Counted from the first letter of the stretch, positions 1 through 13,705 are shown. The stretch: 64,000 nucleotides of DNA from Octopus sinensis (GCF_006345805.1 NC_042999.1:72664001-72728000), one strand, 5' to 3'. Notes: generated by a model from the sequence alone, not told the origin. A program made the numbers and translations.

Positions 1-513
1 GAATATATTCAACCACTAACCACTACCGTGGTTGAATGAAACATGATGATGGCTTTCCACTCGTAACCTAATAAAACCATTGCTGACTATTAAGAACATT
101 GTACACTCACATAAAACTAAACTTTACACTTGTGGCCCTGCTGGTGACTAATGATCCCAGCTCTTGACAAACATATACGTACATAGGTATTGGTGACCTT
201 CACTTCATATCAAAAGTTGACAGTCTACTCCGAGTTTCGCACACAGTTGTTCCCAGTTTGTACTGTGTAATGCGATACTCAAAACAGACAGTCAGCCTAT
301 GGTGTTGTGCATCTATTTATAACATTCTATTCACTATATTATGTTCTATATCAGATAATATCTGCACCATGTAAAAATATGTTTATGTACTTTACAATTC
401 ATACGTTATGTATATATTTATATATATATATGTAAGCATGTACGTATGTATATATATGTATATTCATATATCATGCATACACAAAAACAGGACTATTTAA
501 ACTGTATATTTAT

Positions 514-577
<64 letters not shown>

Positions 578-796
578 TCATTCAGTACATTCATACAGGC
601 ATATATACATACATAATACATAATGCATACATACATACATATTATATATATTTCAAAAATGAGTATATGTACGTGTTTATGGCATATGCATGTATATATG
701 ATGTTGATATGATACTTATGTAAATGCACATACACACAGTTACACACATATTTGTGTATGTGCACGCGTGCGTGTGTGTGTGTGTGTGTGTGTGTG

Positions 797-839
<43 letters not shown>

Positions 840-1281
840 TGTGTGTCTGTGATAAAGGCACGTTAACAATCCTTGTGCGTGAGTATTAAGTAACAGGCTA
901 CTTTGATGACACGCAACTCTCTTGCTTTGTCTTTGTCAGAATATCTCGTTACGGTCTCAACAGAAGAAAAAAAATTAGAACAACGAACGTCGAATGTGTG
1001 AATCCCAGTTACACTTTCTTATCACAAGTGGAGGTGGGGAGCAAGTGATAAGTAGGGAGAGACGGAACCAGCTCAACTTTTAATCTGCAGCGTTTGTTAG
1101 TTAGTTAATGCTACTTTGCATTCTGCATCAATCTTATAGCATAAAAATTACTGTTAGCGCCCCCCACCACATACACACATACTGACAGAAAAATATTCAC
1201 TTCAAAGAAATGAACAAGCCAAGTATGAACCAATGTTGGATCTTATAGAGGATAACAGCGCTAAGCAGTAGTGTGTATAAA

Positions 1282-1569
1282 TACAAACTTAACAATTTAG
1301 ATACGCTTGAGACTTATTCGAATCGGTAAGAAAGCTATTCACTGTGTTTTGACATGGAGAAAATTTCTTTGGTGTCTTTGGCTGAAGAGGAGATAATCAC
1401 TCCGAAATGCATGCATCCCACTGTTCAGTCGCGTGACGCCTCGAACTGATTCGGTGTATTTACACTAATTTGTCAACAGCGAGAAATGTTCTCCTTGACA
1501 AAACAGTGAATGGCCCTCTTACGGGTTCGAATATGCTTCAAGCATATTTGAACTGATAACAAGTTTGTA
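1282..1569. mobile_element. Foldback/MITE-like element with ~86-bp imperfect inverted arms and a hammerhead in its spacer
   Basis: Arms 1282-1367 and 1483-1569 align by eye at roughly 75-80% (TACAAACTT...TATTCGAA...GTAAGA...ATTCACTG...GGAGAA.ATTTC); ends TA|CAAACTT...AAGTTTG|TA. Confidence 0.65.
1379..1420 (+). ncRNA. Minimal type I hammerhead ribozyme, canonical core
   Basis: UGG-CUGAAGA-GGAG(AUAAUCA)CUCC-GAA-AUG(CAUG)CAU-C|CCA: helix I UGG/CCA, helix II 4 WC bp with G10.1-C11.1, palindromic helix III AUGCAUGCAU, AUC triplet, predicted cut after 1417. Confidence 0.8.
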
Positions 1570-2081
1570 ATGTAGGATCTTGCACGTGATCATTTAATCA
1601 ATATGAAATAGCAACCAAATCCCATTCAGATCCCACCCTACTGATCTATTGAAAGTACACTTTGGATGATATAGTCGTTCCCAGATCGACGATGCGTTAT
1701 GTTCTGGGGCAAACACTTTATTTAGCATTGTTTACTTCCAAGACTTGTACATCAATGAGCCAACGATCAAATCTCGATGTTGTCGTTAATACAGCAAGAA
1801 TCTAAGGTTTATTTTTTTAATTTTGGTTGTAGGATGGGTCTGTCCCAAATTAAATGCTAACATTTCAAAAAAGAAATTGGGTCAACTCTGGTTGAACAAA
1901 TCTTTGATTGGAAAGATTGCTGTTGTAATGCATTCCAGTTTTGTTTTTCAGTACTCTTACAAAGTTTATAGTTTGCTTTATTGCTTCATATTAGTAGGAC
2001 AACAAATTGATGCTCTGATAATTTAACTTTTCAGTCAGGTGTATATATGTGTATGTGTGTGTGTGTTGTGTGTGTGTGTGT

Positions 2082-2113
<32 letters not shown>

Positions 2114-2114
<1 letters not shown>

Positions 2115-2303
2115 TAGATCGCTAGCAACTATACCTTTTTTTCTATTTTCTCTCCCTGTTTATTTCTGTTTTCATTTCTGTCGAAGAGCGTAGGCTCGAG
2201 ACGTAAAAAACTTTCTCACTTCCCGAGCGTTAAACTAATATATTTCTTTGTTGTTTAGACAGCCGTCTTCGTCTTTTGTTGTTTTTTTTTTGTAAATTCT
2301 CAC
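2114..2303 (+). mobile_element. ~190-bp PLE-terminus-like short element with decayed A6U-family hammerhead (2175-2208)
   Basis: TTT-CTGTCGA-A-GAGC GTAG GCTC-GAGA-CGTA-AAA; homologous to copies at 29436-29650, 33647-33830 and 44340-44516; flanked by (TG)n on both sides. Confidence 0.6.
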
Positions 2304-2315
2304 TGTGTGTGTTGT

Positions 2316-2357
<42 letters not shown>

Positions 2358-2786
2358 TGTGTGTTTGTGTGTGTGTGTGTGTGTATACGTATCACTGGTG
2401 GGAAGATTAGTCTCATATCGCTGGTAGGGGGATGAGTCACTGCTGCCTCTAGTGGTTGTGTCCATCATCGACAAGATCAAGGAAGGTCGAAATCACGTGA
2501 TTTGGTGGTCGCAGTGCTGGAGGTGGCGGTGATATATACAAAAAGTGTACTTTTACGCCGAAACCAATGCGAGAGTTTCTCGCATGGTATCTACCGCAAT
2601 ATAATTTGTTCTAGCAAATCATCCACATTTAAGAGGGGATGAATATTACCTCAAAATATTTTAAGCACTTTTTGTTTGTTTTGTTTGTTTGTTTGTATTT
2701 TATTTTGTTTTTTTTTTGTTTTTTTTTGCAATCTTAACATACTACTAGGGAGTGTCTTCTTGTGCTGTTTCTGAATTCGATAGAAA

Positions 2787-2927
2787 AGGTGTGGCTGTGT
2801 GGTGGGAAGCTTGCTTCTCAACCACATGGTTCTTGGTTCAGTCCCATACTGTGACACCTTGGGTAATTGCCTTGAGCTATAGCCACGGGCTGAAAGCCTT
2901 ATGACTGAATTTTGTAGACGGAAACTG
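2787..2927 (+). mobile_element. tRNA-headed SINE family B (CORE-like CCTTGGGCAAG segment), 5' half
   Basis: GTGGCTGTGTGG..AGCTTGCTT...GGTTCAGTCCCA...ACCTTGGGTAA. Confidence 0.75.
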
Positions 2928-2987
<60 letters not shown>

Positions 2988-3016
2988 GATATATACATAT
3001 AAATATATATATACTG

Positions 3017-3160
3017 TATTGAAAAGCAGCAAAAATACCACAAAAATTGTTACTCAGAGTTTCACTTTCCCGTTCTGAGTAACAGTTTTTGTGATATTTT
3101 TGCTGCTTTTCAATAAAGCATATTGCTCTACCTCTGGTATTCGGGTACTATTTTTTCCAC
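3017..3160. mobile_element. Head-to-head inverted PLE-terminus-like fragment (42-bp arms, 15-bp spacer)
   Basis: 3017-3058 and 3074-3115 are inverted repeats with 2 mismatches; same family as 34101-34180 and 59535-59645; spacer holds helix II of the HHR. Confidence 0.7.
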
Positions 3161-3186
3161 GTATGTATGTATGTATGTATGTATGT

Positions 3187-3540
3187 CTTAAGGCTGTATC
3201 ATGCGCGGGGACATAGAAATAATCGGACTGAATACCCGATCGCGCGGTTAAACCATTGGAAGTGAAGGACTCCTAGTCCTTGTTAGAGCATCCTTCTAGG
3301 AGAAGGTAACTCAAGTAACTGGGATAACTCCGATATAAAATCTGCTGCTCAGGGGTTACCGATGATGTTGACTTGTTCTTCTTTTCGGATTATGGCTACT
3401 GTTGCTTAGTGAGTGGGATTGACTCAGTGCACAGCCTTTCCTCACTTTAAAAAACATCTTCTTGCACAGGCATTGCACGATAACAACATTGATTAAGCTT
3501 CGTGCAATGGCCATACTCGATAACGAGGGGCAGCCACCGT
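3187..3540. repeat. Unclassified ~350-bp GC-richer element embedded in (TATG)n
   Basis: Same tetranucleotide array on both sides; single copy in the window; class not established. Confidence 0.35.
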
Positions 3541-3846
3541 GTATGTATGTATGTATGTATGTATGTATGTATGTATGTATGTATGTATGTATGTATGTAT
3601 GTATGTATGCATGTATGTATGTATGTATGTATGTATGTATGTATGTATGTATGTATGTATGTATGTATATCACTTTAGTTTGGTTTTGACTAAAGTCTCA
3701 TCTTGTGCTTGCAAAAGTTCTTATGCCTCCTACTGTCCATCTCACAGAATAATCCATCCGCATGTTGCTATTATTATTATTATTATTATTATTGTTATTA
3801 TTATTATTATTATAATTATTATTATTATTATTATTATTATTTATTA

Positions 3847-3917
<71 letters not shown>
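3540..3917. repeat. (ATGT)n and (ATT)n microsatellites
   Basis: Direct reading. Confidence 0.95.
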
Positions 3918-3920
<3 letters not shown>

Positions 3921-4710
3921 CGTATAATACATATGCGTGTGTAACTGTTTGTGCATGCGTCCAAGCGATGAAGACACTTTAATTGCCGTTGTTTGGTTCT
4001 GCTTTCACCACGATATACACATTAGAGTTTAATCTTACCTTCAAGCATTGTGCTTACCCGAAGTAACACATACCTTTGAAATATAGTTAAGTAAATATTC
4101 CAAGTAGACTGGATAACTGAGAAACATAGAGATACTAACCCTAGTATCCTACGTTTAACGAATATAGCAGTGACAATATTGTTAAATATACAAAAGAACT
4201 TGAGAGATACATGGAATAAAAATTAACACTGACCTCATTCAAGGAACATTGACAAATCTTATATAACACATCAGTTAAACAAAAACTAGTTCGCTTAAAT
4301 AAGAAGATTTAGACCATAGGAATGGGGGAAGCAATATATCACACTAAAAGCCTTTCGTGGAGTAACGATGTTTTTGCAATCAACTATTTTCATGCAATCC
4401 AGGAGTGAGAGGAAGCTCCACCCTACAGAGTACTTCTTGTATAAACGACAAAAACATTTACTCACAACGAATATGGGCTACGTAAAATCAGAACTGAAGA
4501 CGTTAAGACCATTCCTGCGTGACGTATGTGACAGTCATAAACACAAATCATGAAATATCTAAACTGTAAATCTTGAATGTTTACAAGAATTGTATTGATT
4601 CATAGGCGAGTGTTAAACAAAATAATTTTACCTGGAATGTATATTGACTTTTTTGAAGAGGATCCAAAAAGTGCGATGTAACATAGCACAAAATTTTCCC
4701 CTGAAAAAAA

Positions 4711-4924
4711 TTGGTTTCAAACTTTCACACAAGGCAAGAAACTTCGTAGGGATGGGTAGGTCGATGTAATTGACCCCAGTACTCAACTATTACTTATTTT
4801 ATCGACCCCGAAAAAATGGAAGTTAAAGTCGACCTCGGTGGAATTTGAACTTAGAATACAAAGACGGACGAAATTCCGCTCAGCATTTTGCCTGGCGTGT
4901 TCACGATTCAACCAGCTCGTGCCT
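4711..4924 (-). mobile_element. tRNA-headed SINE family A (MetaSINE-like core), tail type 2
   Basis: Reverse complement of GAGCTGG..GAATCG..ACGCC.GGC.AAATGCT.AGCGG...TTCAAATTCC.CCGAGGTCGAC...GGGGTCGATAAAATAAGT. Confidence 0.85.
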
Positions 4925-4999
4925 ATTACCCCGAAAATATTAACCGCTAATTCCGCTCTCCAGAATAGCATAATCAGTCTCGTGGGGTTTATTTTAAGT

Positions 5000-5800
5000 G
5001 GCCTTTATAATTAAAAAAAATGTTAATGAGTTTGGTGGGCAACAATGTCTAGTTTTAATTCTCATTTACCTGGTTATGACGTGCGACATATTCAAGACAA
5101 ATATTTGCTATATTTTCCCAAATAGTGTAGTGTAGAAATTGTCCCGATATCGATACCTGGTCGTAACATACCGTTTCAGGTATATAGTGATTTTTCTGAA
5201 CATTCTAAAACTTTTTGAAAACCTGTTTTGGTTTAACTTTCGTGAGAATGGGTCATTAGCCTCATTATTGCCATCTGCAAGAGAATGTTTTCGAGATACT
5301 CCCCTCACCCTGATTTGAAATGAAAGAAAATGACAATAACTAACATAGACGAATACATTAAGGCCGATAGATCAAAAGAATATTGATGGAACCCGAAAAT
5401 GAAGTCAGCAAATAAATTAAAACTTAACCGGCCTAATAATATTATTTGGTGTCCCAATTTTCTAATGTTGCGTTTTGAAGTCAGTTTCCCACATTTCGTT
5501 GATGAGAACAAGATATATAAACCACTGATGAACAATATGAAAATCTAGTACCCCAAATATGCTGTCATCAGTTTTATTACTATAATTACATCAGCAAGAG
5601 GTTACGCACCAATACGCATGGTTTAAAAGATATCTCAGAACTTGGAAACACAGAGAAAAATTGTAGCTTCATAATTCATACACTACAGATGATTACCATA
5701 TCGGGAACAATAACATTCTGTAAGTTTTTTTTTTTTCAAGGAAAGAATGGTTATGCAAAGAATGACGTAAAGAACAGAACATTTTCCCCTTCAATTTTCT
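5000..5800 (+). mobile_element. Highly decayed Penelope-like fragment
   Basis: NNIIWCP (cf. NIIWFNPP), IYKPLMNNMKI*Y (cf. KIFNRNTVKISY), FKER near 5740; weak. Confidence 0.4.
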
Positions 5801-6375
5801 TTTACTATAATCTCGCCACCAAACAGGAAATTGGTGCCATTATACAGCCGTAGGAAAGCTACAGAAAGCATGAGTATATTCTTTTAATCTATGGGAAGCA
5901 TGACTGGCATAACTAATTGCCTTTCTTTGGACAAATCCTGGAGCCAAGAATAAAACACCTATTTGGTAGAAAATGATAGGCCTATTGCATATTTAAATAT
6001 TTTATGTAAACTTTTCATAAGTTAATTTCAAACAATATATGTAAGACCATTGCGAGTTGAAGAAAGTAACTATAAAGCAGGCAAATGGAAAGATGATAGT
6101 GTGAAAATACGCCGAATTACATTTTAATTTATAAAACTGTTCAATCTAATGTGTTAAAAAACAAAACTTCGTTGATATCTTGTGACAGTATGGACTGATT
6201 AGAAAAACCACATTTGACCGCGTTCCCTAGTTGCGGTTGCTAAATTAATTCCATATTTGTTGAACTTAAATTTTGTTATAGGTGCTGCCGTTGAAAAGAT
6301 AACAAAAATTTGATCAGACATTTTGATGTGCCAGTTAGAAAACCAGCCTACTTTTGACTGGATTTAGTTTATATT

Positions 6376-6588
6376 GATTTCAAATTTTGGTACAAGGCCA
6401 TCAATTTCGTGGGAAGGGGTAAGTCTATTACACCAACCCAAGTGTTCAACTAGTACTTATTTTATCAACCTCGAAAGGATGAAAGGCAAAGTCGTCCCCG
6501 ACAGCATTTGAACTCAGAACGAAAAGTCGGAAGAAATGCTGCTAAACATTTTGTCCGGCGCGGTAAGGATTCTGCCAACTCGCCGCCT
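6376..6588 (-). mobile_element. SINE family A, tail type 2
   Basis: Homologous to 4711-4924. Confidence 0.85.
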
Positions 6589-6703
6589 TGGGATTCAGTT
6601 TATATCAAAACCTGCAAGATACTAACATCAACTGATAAATTCTCATGGAAATTGAAATATTGAAATATTAACAGAGACAACTAAAAAAGAGAGAGAGAGA
6701 GAG

Positions 6704-6752
<49 letters not shown>

Positions 6753-8149
6753 GATTAGGCCTAAGATCAGGCCAGGTAGCCCTCGAATATCGTATGGTAT
6801 CACTCAGGCAAAACCTGCTAAACAGCAGTAAAAACTAAATAGCCAAAAGGTAAAAGAGCAACATCTTACGAGTTATCATGCAACGTAAGAACTGCTAAAC
6901 GAAAGAGAAGCATTCTAGAAGAAATATACTGCGTACCAACAAAAGATAGTGCGTGACTCGATAAAACAAAATATCAACCAAGTACAGGAATCAGTCGATT
7001 GGTATTTTTCTGTTGTTTCCCAGAATATTTCAACCTACAACCGAGTACCCCGACCCGTATAAACCTTCCTTTGAAGATGAGTGAACCGACCATTCTTAGC
7101 TTTGGAAAATATTGTGTCCGACACAAGCTGGCAGAAGAACCACCTTAAACATAGTGTTCCGGTTATGTATCTAAGGCAAATCAGTATGAAAGGAACCACC
7201 AACATCATTGTAAAAGTTACAAATACAAAAGGGATTGGTGGTTTATTGCCAACTTAATGTGGCAGTCTCAGGAAAGGGAAGAATGCTACTGCTATTTAGC
7301 CCCAGGAAAAGAAATTGTACTTAATTCCACAATTTTACGGTGATGTGTGAATTTCTTTCGGGAATTTCAATTCTGCTTTATACATTATTTTCAGAAAGAC
7401 AAAAGTGGTTTCTTTGGAGCGTTATTTTATGACTTATGGCATTCTGTTATGAAAAGCGTTTTCCTCGGATACAAACCTCATGGAAATGTATTATGTCCCC
7501 ATTGATATGAGCTTCAAATACTACCCGTGTGTATGTGTGTGTGAGAGAAAGAGAGAGAGAGTACGTGCGTGTGGGGAGGTGCATGCATACATGCGTGCGT
7601 GCGTGCATGCGTGTCTGTATGAATGTATCTAAGACCGTGATTGATCAAAACGTATATCAGTTTATAGCTTCGTCGAAACTATGGGGAGATACACAAACAC
7701 TTAACTATGAGTGCATTGCATCTTATCGCAGAAACAGCTGTAAGCTAATGAACATCATTACATAATTCCGTATTCATTTTTTTTTTATATATATAATTTC
7801 TCACTACGCTCTGTAATCGACAAACGCAGTTCTCTGAAGCCTATGTATATTGAAGTCTAAATCCAGGTTATTAGTACCGCTTGCATAAGCGAAATATTAA
7901 TCTCACACACATACATGCACTCGCACATACGATAGTGCATGTGACAGGATGATGTCAGTTTGACATGGTGTTGTAATTAGAATTTTGTTATTCATTTCTA
8001 CGGTGAAAAATAAAATACATGAAGAGATACCCAAACAGGTTTGATAGGCTAAATGGCCAAATTGACCACAGATAAAATTGACTTCAGCTGATAATTGCAC
8101 GTTAGTAATCAACGAAAAGGTTGCTTCCGTATGTAGCCGGCATCACCAT

Positions 8150-8596
8150 ATATCAATATATGTGTATGTATGTGTGTATCTATGTGTGTGTGAGTGCGTT
8201 TAAATATATATGTATATATACATAATATAAATATATATATATATATATATATGCATAGCATATATATATATATAATATACATATATATGTGTGTGTGCGT
8301 ATGTATATATATATATATATATATATATGCATAGCATATAGACAAGCATATAGGTATGTATATATATGCGTAAATATTATATATAAAGATGAATGCATAC
8401 TAATAGTTAGAAGTGCAACTTTTGCTACAATGGGTCAAAGTCCAAATTAATTATTTGTGCATATTATGTATACGTGTGTGTGTGTGTGTGTGTGTTTGCG
8501 CGTATGCGTGAGAGACAGACAGACAGAGTGCGTGTTTGACCGTGTAGGTGAATGTGTGTGTGTGCGAGTATATATATATATATGTATGTATGTATG

Positions 8597-8670
<74 letters not shown>

Positions 8671-8686
8671 TATATATACGGGTATG

Positions 8687-8720
<34 letters not shown>

Positions 8721-8755
8721 CAGAGATGAATGGATAAAATTATGTATATATATAT

Positions 8756-8835
<80 letters not shown>

Positions 8836-8850
8836 CATCCATCCATTCAT
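8150..8850. repeat. Compound (TA)/(TG)/(TATG) microsatellite block
   Basis: Direct reading. Confidence 0.95.
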
Positions 8851-9339
8851 TCGTTCATTCGTAGCTGACGTTTCTCGTTTCTCTCTCATATATGCATATA
8901 CATATGCATTAACTATGGAACTAATGGGGTTGGGTCAAATTTGATTTCGTCAATTAATCTACAATTGAATGTTCAAATAATCACCGGACATCCGTTTAAT
9001 GATCGTCCACCTCTGACGTAAACACGTGTTTTCGTGATACTGAAGTATGTTACTCTGTGAGAAAAGCACTCACCGGAAAACGAATACACAATAGGTAGAT
9101 AATTGAGGTGTTACGAGTTGATGACTGGTATGTTTTCGAACCATCTCACACTAACTTACTGACTTTCTGACTTATCTTTTCTGCGTACAGTACATTTCAC
9201 TTTCCTGACTAATTTCGTGTTCTTTTCGTCTTTTTTGTTCCTTTTTTTAAAATTTTTTCTCATTCGTTCGTTGATTTTGTATGTATGAGTTATGTATAGA
9301 TAAAAACGTATGTATCTATGTATGCATAATTGTAAGTGT

Positions 9340-9380
9340 TTGTGTATGTATGTGTGTACATGTACACACACACACACACA

Positions 9381-9415
<35 letters not shown>

Positions 9416-9475
9416 GCATGGCGGTCTACCTATCTGTCTAGCAATCTGTCAACCTATCTATCCTTCTAGACAGTC

Positions 9476-9506
<31 letters not shown>

Positions 9507-9509
9507 TAT

Positions 9510-9596
<87 letters not shown>

Positions 9597-9600
9597 TAAA
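9340..9600. repeat. Compound (CA)/(TA)/(CAGA)/(TAGA) microsatellite
   Basis: Direct reading. Confidence 0.95.
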
Positions 9601-11402
9601 CGTACATATATGTGTACATGGCTATACTAATATAACAAATGTTTTTGTGCTGATTACATGTACGTATACGTGTGTATATACACATATACATAAATGGATA
9701 TATACATACATATATATTTGTGTATATATATACACACATGTATATATTCTTATTTAAATACATGCATTAAAATATACATGTTTATTTATATGCTTTTGTG
9801 CTCGCGCGCAATAAAGATCATCACTGTTATTTCTGATCCAGGTGAATTACGATATAGTGACAGCCAGCCATTTGCAATAAAATGTATTTTGTCCCTAAAA
9901 AGAATGATCGCTATTAGAGATATAGTTTATGCTATATGATCATAGTACGGATGCCTGGAGATATCATCAGAGATTGTCAGGTCTAGCATTTGTAGTAACT
10001 TTGAAGATTTTAGTTGCGTAATGTTCAAGAGTTCAGTGTTTCTTATACTGCGATTGCATCTTTGTTTAATAAGACAGGATTGATACGATGTCTTATCGAT
10101 TTCCAGTCATATCTTGCATGAAAATCTTGTGCCACTACAGGTGAAATTTCGGAGGACCAAGAGAGTGACTCCACCAAAATAATATATATTATTAATCTCT
10201 ACTAAGTTATTTATGACACTTGTTTTCTGACAGTTAACACGAAACGGATATATATCTCTCTCGCCCTTCACTACTTGTTTTCTCTCTCACTCCGCTCCCT
10301 TTTTCCCATTTCTCCTTTCAATCATTTTGCTTGACGGCTGACCTGTTCAGTCATGTTTCCCTCGGGCTCTCACTTTCTCATTTACTTTCAGCACTAGGTT
10401 CATCTTTCTTTTTTTCCGTCTTTTGTTCTTTCTTTCTATCTTTCCCTCTCTCTGCTCTCCTTTCCAAGTCCTATAGGACATCATTTTCCATTAGCGTTAC
10501 TTTTACACACGTCTTGACTTAATGCTGCCACATAGCCGTAAAGCCTTTATTTTGTATGTATATTTATATTTTCTACAACTGTCCTCTACGTGCGTTTATT
10601 TATTTGCAGAAGTTTGTTTCTGCTGACGCCACCAAAATGAACGTTATCGTTAAAGGCGTGAAATTGTTATGACTTTTGGATAACTTATGTGAAAAGAGCG
10701 CCTTGTGTGTGAATTTTCCGTGAGCTCCTTTGGTGTCCTTCTGTGCAATTTTTTAATCGTGTGTGTGTGTATACATACATACATACATACATACATACAT
10801 ACATACATACATACATACATACATACATACATACATACATACCCTGTTTTTGATGTTGAAATTCTAATAAAGGAGCCATGGATCTGGGTTTGAAACCGAC
10901 TCTTTCTCTATTGGCAAAAAATCTTGAAATAAAACTGAACAATGACATACATACATACGCAAATACAGGCAGAGATACGAAATAACAACAAGAATAACAT
11001 CATGTTAGGCGCCGTAAAATAGCTTAATTATTAGTTTGACGCTTGATGAGAAATTAAGAAAATAGAGAAGCGCGTTGGACGTGTCAGATGTAAGCTCTTC
11101 TTCACCGAGATCAGTGTGGTTGATATTCATCTTGGAATTCTATAAATCAATGTCTGCGGGGTGGGGGGGGACACATTGCCCGTGAGGAAATTACAGAGAG
11201 TTACATTTCTGATAAGAAAAGACTAGATTAAATCTTTTATGCAAGGTTTACTAGGTGTGAGACAGTAAAGAATAATTGGACAGGAGACGTTGCTGCTGCT
11301 GCTGCTGCTGTTGTTGTTGTGGTGGTTGTTGTTATTGTTGTTTGGTCTCTGTTCAGCCATGATTAGGTAGACTCATGATCAAAGTTAATCCAGACCTTAA
11401 CA

Positions 11403-11680
11403 TAGGCGCAGGAGTGGCTATGTTGTAAGTAGCTTACATACCAGCCACATGGTTCCGGGTTCATTCCCACTGCGTGGCACCTTGGGCAAGTGTCTTCTAC
11501 TATAGCCTCGGGCCGACCAAAGCCGATGCTGGTGTGTTTACGACCCTGTAATTAGCGGTTCGGCAAAAGAGACCGATAGAATAAGTACTAGGTTTCCTGG
11601 GGTCGATTTGCTCGACTAAAGGCGGTGCTTCAGCATGACCGCAGTCAAATGACTGAAACAAGTAAAAGAGTAAAGAGAGT
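11403..11680 (+). mobile_element. SINE family B, internally deleted
   Basis: TAGGCGCAGGAGTGGC head, GGCACCTTGGGCAAGTGTC, 3' end GACTGAAACAAGTAAAAGAG. Confidence 0.9.
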
Positions 11681-12083
11681 ATTCCGTATTTTAATTAGAC
11701 TTTGTACCTTCGTCTGCAATGTTTAATTCTCCCATAATTCTACACATATTGGGAAAGGATTTGAGGAAGATGTTAGTCTAGCAGATCAAGCGACTACGTA
11801 GGTCCTCACTCGTTAGCTGAAGCGAAGGTCGTATGTAGATGTTAGTCCATATGAGAAGAAGCTGTCAGAACATCTGCGAGTCACTTGTAGCGTTGTAATG
11901 AATGAACTTTTGTCTCAGTTTGCCAGATGATATTTTGGTTGTCTCTTAGGATATTTGTGTATATATTTGGGATATCATTCTGATTTGTGAGCAGTACTCT
12001 AATGTCGAGGTTAATTTGGACTAGTAGCAGCTGAGTGTATGCTTGTATGTGAGTTTGTTTGTGCGTGTTTATACACACACACA

Positions 12084-12299
12084 CGAGGGAGTGCTGAAAA
12101 GTTCATAGCTATAAGGGTACCGCGAAAAGCCTGGTTCAAGGCCCAACCATCCGAGTTCTTTTACAAGGTTTATAAAAACTGAAGGACCGCTGCAATAGGT
12201 GTGGGAAACTCAGAGGGAAACATGTTCTATAAAACCATAAAGAACTGATCCTCCTGTATTTTCTTTTACCCAAAGTCAGTAACTTTTCAGCACCTCCTC
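12084..12299. mobile_element. mariner-type MITE (~210 bp)
   Basis: TIRs CGAGGGAGTGCTGAAAAGTTC / AACTTTTCAGCACCTCCTC; reverse-complement homologue at 35398-35601. Confidence 0.75.
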
Positions 12300-12321
12300 T
12301 CTCATTCTTTCTTTCTTTCTC

Positions 12322-12355
<34 letters not shown>

Positions 12356-12769
12356 TATATACGTGTGTGTGTGCGTGACACCGTGTATTGACCAATCAGG
12401 TGAGACAGCTTCGCCCCGCAAGTAATCGGGAACGGTAGTTATTGATATTTCGCTGTATTTTGCAGCTCCTCAACACCGCATACTCGAGTCACCTCGGAAC
12501 GAATTGCTAGTCTGTGGTATATATTCAAGTAGTTGCTGATGTGCAACGGCGCCGCACAGGGTAAACAAAATTAAGTCAGGAATTATAAGCATCTCTAATA
12601 ATGCAAATATTATTGATACCACAAACTGTATATATTTGTTTGAGGTATTTGGTGTTTTTCAACACTCGGCATCTTCAAGGGACATTTTTTTCCTTGGCGC
12701 TATCCTGCAACTAAGGAGTGCATAAACCTACTGGATCGACTGAATAATATTCGATCTTAAGGCCATTTC

Positions 12770-12990
12770 GGCATTATCATGTGGAGTTATGTTGGTCGGA
12801 CTTGCTATATAGGTAAACAGCTGCCTGTCTCACACCCTTACATCGTCTCTCCAACAAGTTTTTATCATCCCCTTTCAGACACATCCAATGGTAGCTCTCT
12901 CGACCGCTGACTGGATTTCTTTCATGATGGCGCTTGTTTGACAATGATTGACACCCATTGATAGCAGCCACCGTTTCAGACTGGTTCCAA
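12770..12990 (-). mobile_element. Possible C-terminal fragment of an RLE-type LINE
   Basis: SLKRWLLSMG...IMKEIQSAVERA resembles RLE-element C-termini; short and weak. Confidence 0.35.
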
Positions 12991-13151
12991 TGAAATTTCT
13001 ACATCCTTATTTAGCCTCAAATCATACATGGACAAATTCATTTTTTTGTTAGAAGTATTTTCTCCTTAACCATCCCGTTTTGAGAGGTGGGGTGGGGGGT
13101 TCCGGGTATGAAGTACCAAGAATTACACAAATTACTATTATTATTATTATT

Positions 13152-13705
13152 GAGTGAGAGAGCAGTTCATGCCATCAAAGTGACACTGGGGTAAAATATA
13201 CGAAGCCCAATATACCCATCATGACTACCCGTCTGATAAAGGTACACCAGGCACATGCATCACAACCATATGTGCGCGACATGGTGATCTCATATCAAGA
13301 TAAACAGCACATGACCTTGCAGGTGGGGCCCAGTTAGAATTTTCTTCAGGTTGAGTAGCCCATCCTGCTCAAAAGGTCCCTGAATAAGGGTTGTTTAAGG
13401 ATGTTGAAAGAACCACCCATGTTTCCAGAGGTGAATTATTCAAACCCCAAAGAATCCCTCTCAACACATGGCTATGATGCTCCCCCACTACTTCTGCTCG
13501 TGATCAGAGATGCACATATCGTCAGCCACTAAGGGACATGCTCAACTGGTTAAGGTCAAACAACTGACAAGCAAATCTGTGGTATTGAGCAGAATATTTG
13601 CTGTAGCCCATCTTTTATACCAAGACAAAACAATGTACATGATAACACTTCCAATCAGTTAAGATCAGAAGCCATGAGAGCCACTGCCTGGTACTGCATC
13701 AGGGC

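Noticed and set aside
3187-3340. Possible HDV-like ribozyme in an RTE-5'-UTR-like region (the ends of the 13152 element were also examined)
   Set aside because: Hairpins are present but I could not build the P1/P2/P3/P1.1 double pseudoknot by hand.
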